A stretch of 64,000 nt of DNA, taken from positions 22,258,001-22,322,000 of the forward strand of contig NC_042998.1 of the NCBI RefSeq assembly GCF_006345805.1. Reading direction: 5' to 3'. Source of the stretch: Octopus sinensis (Eukaryota). The position numbers and the translations under genes are program-made. The notes under the pieces were generated by a model. It saw only the letters and a list, made by a program, of their open reading frames with translations, searched no databases and had not been told where the DNA came from. Every line of letters begins with the position of its first letter. Positions within the stretch are counted from its first letter, which is position 1. Of this stretch, positions 60,754-64,000 are shown piece by piece.

Positions 60754-60935
60754 TAGATAGTTAGATAGACAGGTAGACAGACTGACAGACAGATAGATAA
60801 AGAGAGAGGGAGTGAGAGAGAGAGTGAGCGAGTGAGAGAGAGTGTGTGTGTATGTGTGAGAGAGAGAGGGAGAGAGAGAGAAAGAGAGAGAGAAAAAGAA
60901 AGAGAGAACGAGAGAGAGAGAGAGAGAGAGAGCAA
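60440..60935. repeat. Microsatellite cluster (TG)n, (TA)n, (GATA)n, (GA)n
   Basis: Direct reading. Confidence 0.95.
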
Positions 60936-61598
60936 AGAAGATTCTATGAGAAGGAGAACGTAGGTGGGGTTTTAACATAGAGATTTTTTCTCCCACCGAT
61001 GAACAGAAAATAAATTTAAAATTTGTTCAAAGAATTAGCTGGTTTATATCACTTCCAATTTTATTTGGGGTTTGGGAAGGTTTTTCTACAAAACTTGATG
61101 ACTTATTAGATAAGGCCACAGTAATTTCGCAACTTCAAGATCTATTTCGTTAATAATGGTTTTTATTCCATTTTCTTTCTATTTATATTCTTTTCATTTC
61201 TTTTACTCATTGATTCGAATTTAGATTAAGTCCCCACCAAAAAAAGATTGTTTCAAATTTCAATATAATTGTTTATGCTTCAGTGTTTGTTCATATTGTT
61301 TATTAAGCTCTTTGTTTGTATCTGTCATAAAGATAATCGTTTAGACTTAAATGTAGATAAGTTTAGAAGTGTTACATTCTATGTTTGAGCTAGTGGAGTG
61401 TATGTGATTATATATAGATATATATATGTGATTATATATACGTGTGTATGTGTATCTGTCTGTCTCTTGTTTTATTTTCTGACTATTTGAGGTTAACTCG
61501 TAAATATATTGGACTCCAAGTGTGTGCATTAATGTGGTGTCGCTGTTGGTCGTTGTTCAGACTCAGCTCAGCTACGATCGGGTAGACAATGATCGAAG

Positions 61599-63176
61599 AC
61601 ATGGAGCCAAGCAACAACAACAACAACAGCAGCAGTGGAGGCACAATGGCCCAGTGGTTAGGGCAGCGGACTCGCGGTCGTAAGAACGCGGTTTCGATTC
61701 CCAGACCGGGCATTGTGAGTGTTTATTGAGCAAAAACACCTAAGCTTCACGAGGCTCCGGTGGGGGTTGGTGGCGATCCCTGCTGTACTCTTTTACCACA
61801 TGGAGCCAAGCAACAACAACAACAGCAGCAGTGGAGGCACAATGGCCCAGTGGTTAGGGCAGCGGACTCGCGGTCGTAAGAACGCGGTTTCGATTCCCAG
61901 ACCGGGCATTGTGAGTGTTTATTGAGCAAAAACACCTAAGCTTCACGAGGCTCCGGCGGGGGTTGGTGGCGATCCCTGCTGTACTCTTTTACCACATGGA
62001 GCCAAGCAACAACAACAACAACAGCAGCAGTGGAGGCACAATGGCCCAGTGGTTAGGGCAGCGGACTCGCGGTCGTAAGAACGCGGTTTCGATTCCCAGA
62101 CCGGGCATTGTGAGTGTTTATTGAGCAAAAACACTAAGCTTCACGAGGCTGGCGGGGGTTGGTGGCGATCCCTGCTGTACTCTTTTACCACATGGAGCAA
62201 GCACAACAACAACAACAGCAGCAGTGGAGGCACAATGGCCCAGTGTTAGGGCAGCGGACTCGCGGTCGTAAGAACGCGGTTTCAATTCCCAGACGGGCAT
62301 TGTGAGTGTTTATTGAGCAAAAACACCTAAGCTTCACGAGTCTCTGGCGGGGGTTGGTGGCGATCCCTGCTGTACTCTTTTACCACATGGAGCCAAGCAA
62401 CAACACAAAACACAGCAGAGTGGAGGCACAATGGCCCAGTGGTTAGGGCAGCGGACTCGCGGTCGTAAGAACGCGGTTTCGATTCCCAGACCGGGCATTG
62501 TGAGTGTTTATTGAGCAAAAACACCTAAGCTTCACGAGGCTCCGGCGGGGGTTGGTGGCGATCCCTGCTGTACTCTTTTCACATGGAGCCAAGCAACAAC
62601 AACAACAACAGCAGCAGGGAGGCACAATGGCCCAGTGGTTAGGGCAGCGGACTCGCGGTCGTAAGAACGCGTTTTCAATTCCCAGACCGGGCATTGTGAG
62701 TGTTTATTGAGCAAAAACACCTAAGCTTCACGAGTCTCTGGCGGGGGTTGGTGGCGATCCCTGCTGTACTCTTTTACCACATGGAGCCAAGCAACAACAA
62801 CAACAACAGCAGCAGTGGAGGCACAATGGCCCAGTGGTTAGGGCAGCGGACTCGCGGTCGTAAGAACGCGGTTTCAATTCCCAGACCGGGCATTGTGAGT
62901 GTTTATTGAGCAAAAACACCTAAGCTTCACGAGTCTCTGGCGGGGGTTGGTGGCGATCCCTGCTGTACTCTTTTACCACATGGAGCCAAGCAACAACAAC
63001 AACAACAGCAGCAGTGGAGGCACAATGGCCCAGTGGTTAGGGCAGCGGACTCGCGGTCGTAAGAACGCGGTTTCAATTCCCAGACCGGGCATTGTGAGTG
63101 TTTATTGAGCAAAAACATCTAAGCTTCACGAGTCTCCGGCGGGGGTTGGTGGCGATCCCTGTTGTACTCTTTCACC
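61599..63176 (+). repeat. Tandem array, 8 units of 195-199 bp, each with a tRNA-like (SINE) head
   Basis: Unit starts at 61599, 61798, 61994, 62190, 62385, 62581, 62779 and 62978; each has an (AAC)n(AGC)n tract, A box tggcccagtgg, B-box-like ggtttc(g/a)attcc and a GC-rich stem; TTTT follows in units 1-7. Confidence 0.95.
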
Positions 63177-63317
63177 ACAACTTTCTCTCATTCTTTCTTC
63201 CTACTTCTGCCACAAAGCAGAGGAACCATGGTGCAACCCACTATGGTGTGGTAAAATTTCAGACCCTAGTCTAGATTGCGAATCCTCTGTACCCCCAGGA
63301 TGGTTCAGCTCTCCGGT

Positions 63318-63570
63318 GTATTAGTTTGAGGTTTAGGAAAATGAAAATCTTTTTTACGTTTCGAGCCGACGCTCTTCAACAGAAAGGAATAAGAGAAAAT
63401 AAACTGAGAGAGAATGAAAAAAAAAAAAAAAAAAAAAAACTTGTGACCACTAAATGTACAAGATTTTAAAAATTCTCTCTCTCTTTATTTCCTCTTATTC
63501 CTTTCTGTTGAGGAGCATAGGCTCGAAACGTAAAATACTTTTTCATTTTCCCGAGCGTCAAACAAACACA
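63318..63570. mobile_element. Inverted pair of Penelope-type terminal repeats, each with a hammerhead-like motif
   Basis: Arms about 63318-63417 and 63472-63570; motifs cttt-CTGTTGA(A/G)-GAGC-N4-GCTC-GAAAC-GTA-aaa at 63351-63386 (-) and 63501-63535 (+). Confidence 0.65.
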
Positions 63571-63595
63571 CATATATGTACACCCACACACACAT

Positions 63596-63629
<34 letters not shown>

Positions 63630-64000
63630 CCACCACCACTAGCAGCAGCAGTCAGGTTTGGCTTGCTAAGAATTTCCAATTAACCTTTGTGTTATCCTGC
63701 AAACAAACACTTAGCCAGAGTCTTGTTTCCGCTCCATTCATTGAAGGTTGTCTGTCCACAAATGTCTTTGACAGCCTGTTGCACTCTCCCCTCACTCATT
63801 TCCTGTCAGAGCGGTTTTGGGCAATGACTCACAGCGCATCCTCAAAGATGGTGACAATGTACAAGTGAATGGCTAGATGGATTCTGAGAACTTTCAGAAC
63901 AAAGGTCTAGGAAGCTATGCTGGTTCTATGGAGGACATTCTTCCTAGCCGTGTGACTGATGCTTTCAACTATGATCACCCCACGATGTCAAATTAATAGT

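Noticed and set aside
61637-61712. Functional tRNA gene in each array unit
   Set aside because: A and B boxes are present but I cannot fold acceptor, anticodon or T stems; it matches a SINE head related to family C
61483-63118. Repeated 62-69 aa ORFs (MFIEQKHLS..., MFLLNKHSQ...)
   Set aside because: By-products of the tandem SINE-headed array; open on both strands with no coding signature
61599-63176. Possible CRISPR-like array
   Set aside because: Whole about 197-bp units are repeated with no unique spacers, there are no cas genes, and the context is eukaryotic

Overview
AT-rich, repeat-saturated eukaryotic (metazoan) DNA. The tRNA-derived SINE families, (TA)n/(CA)n/(CAT)n microsatellites and overall style look like an octopod cephalopod (Octopus-like) genome; this is inference from remembered repeat families, not a database hit. 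I found no recognisable host protein-coding gene, CRISPR array or prokaryotic feature, and most ORFs in the track are microsatellite or SINE artefacts. The one near-intact coding element is a young 4.5-kb Ty3/Gypsy LTR retrotransposon (53684-58211) with LTRs identical at 233/234 nt, a GGCAC TSD, a tRNA-Leu PBS and a PPT. It carries a 1-nt gag/pol frame break and a D-to-G change in the first integrase catalytic residue. Other transposon content: a degraded Buster-type hAT with nested SINEs, a hAT MITE, two mariner remnants, piggyBac-like MITEs, two non-autonomous Helitrons, a Helentron/DINE-like element, a Merlin-like foldback MITE with a telomere-like core, RTE LINE 3' fragments and a Penelope RT fragment. 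RNA-related features: several hammerhead-ribozyme-like motifs, a 5S-rRNA/SINE chimera inside one 22-bp TSD, two tandem tRNA-Val-like pseudogenes, and an 8-copy array of ~197-bp units, each resembling a Pol III transcription unit. A CpG-rich YY1/NRF1/ETS motif cluster near 49.6 kb may be a promoter. Coordinates were counted by hand; SINE boundaries are approximate (about +/-10-20 bp).
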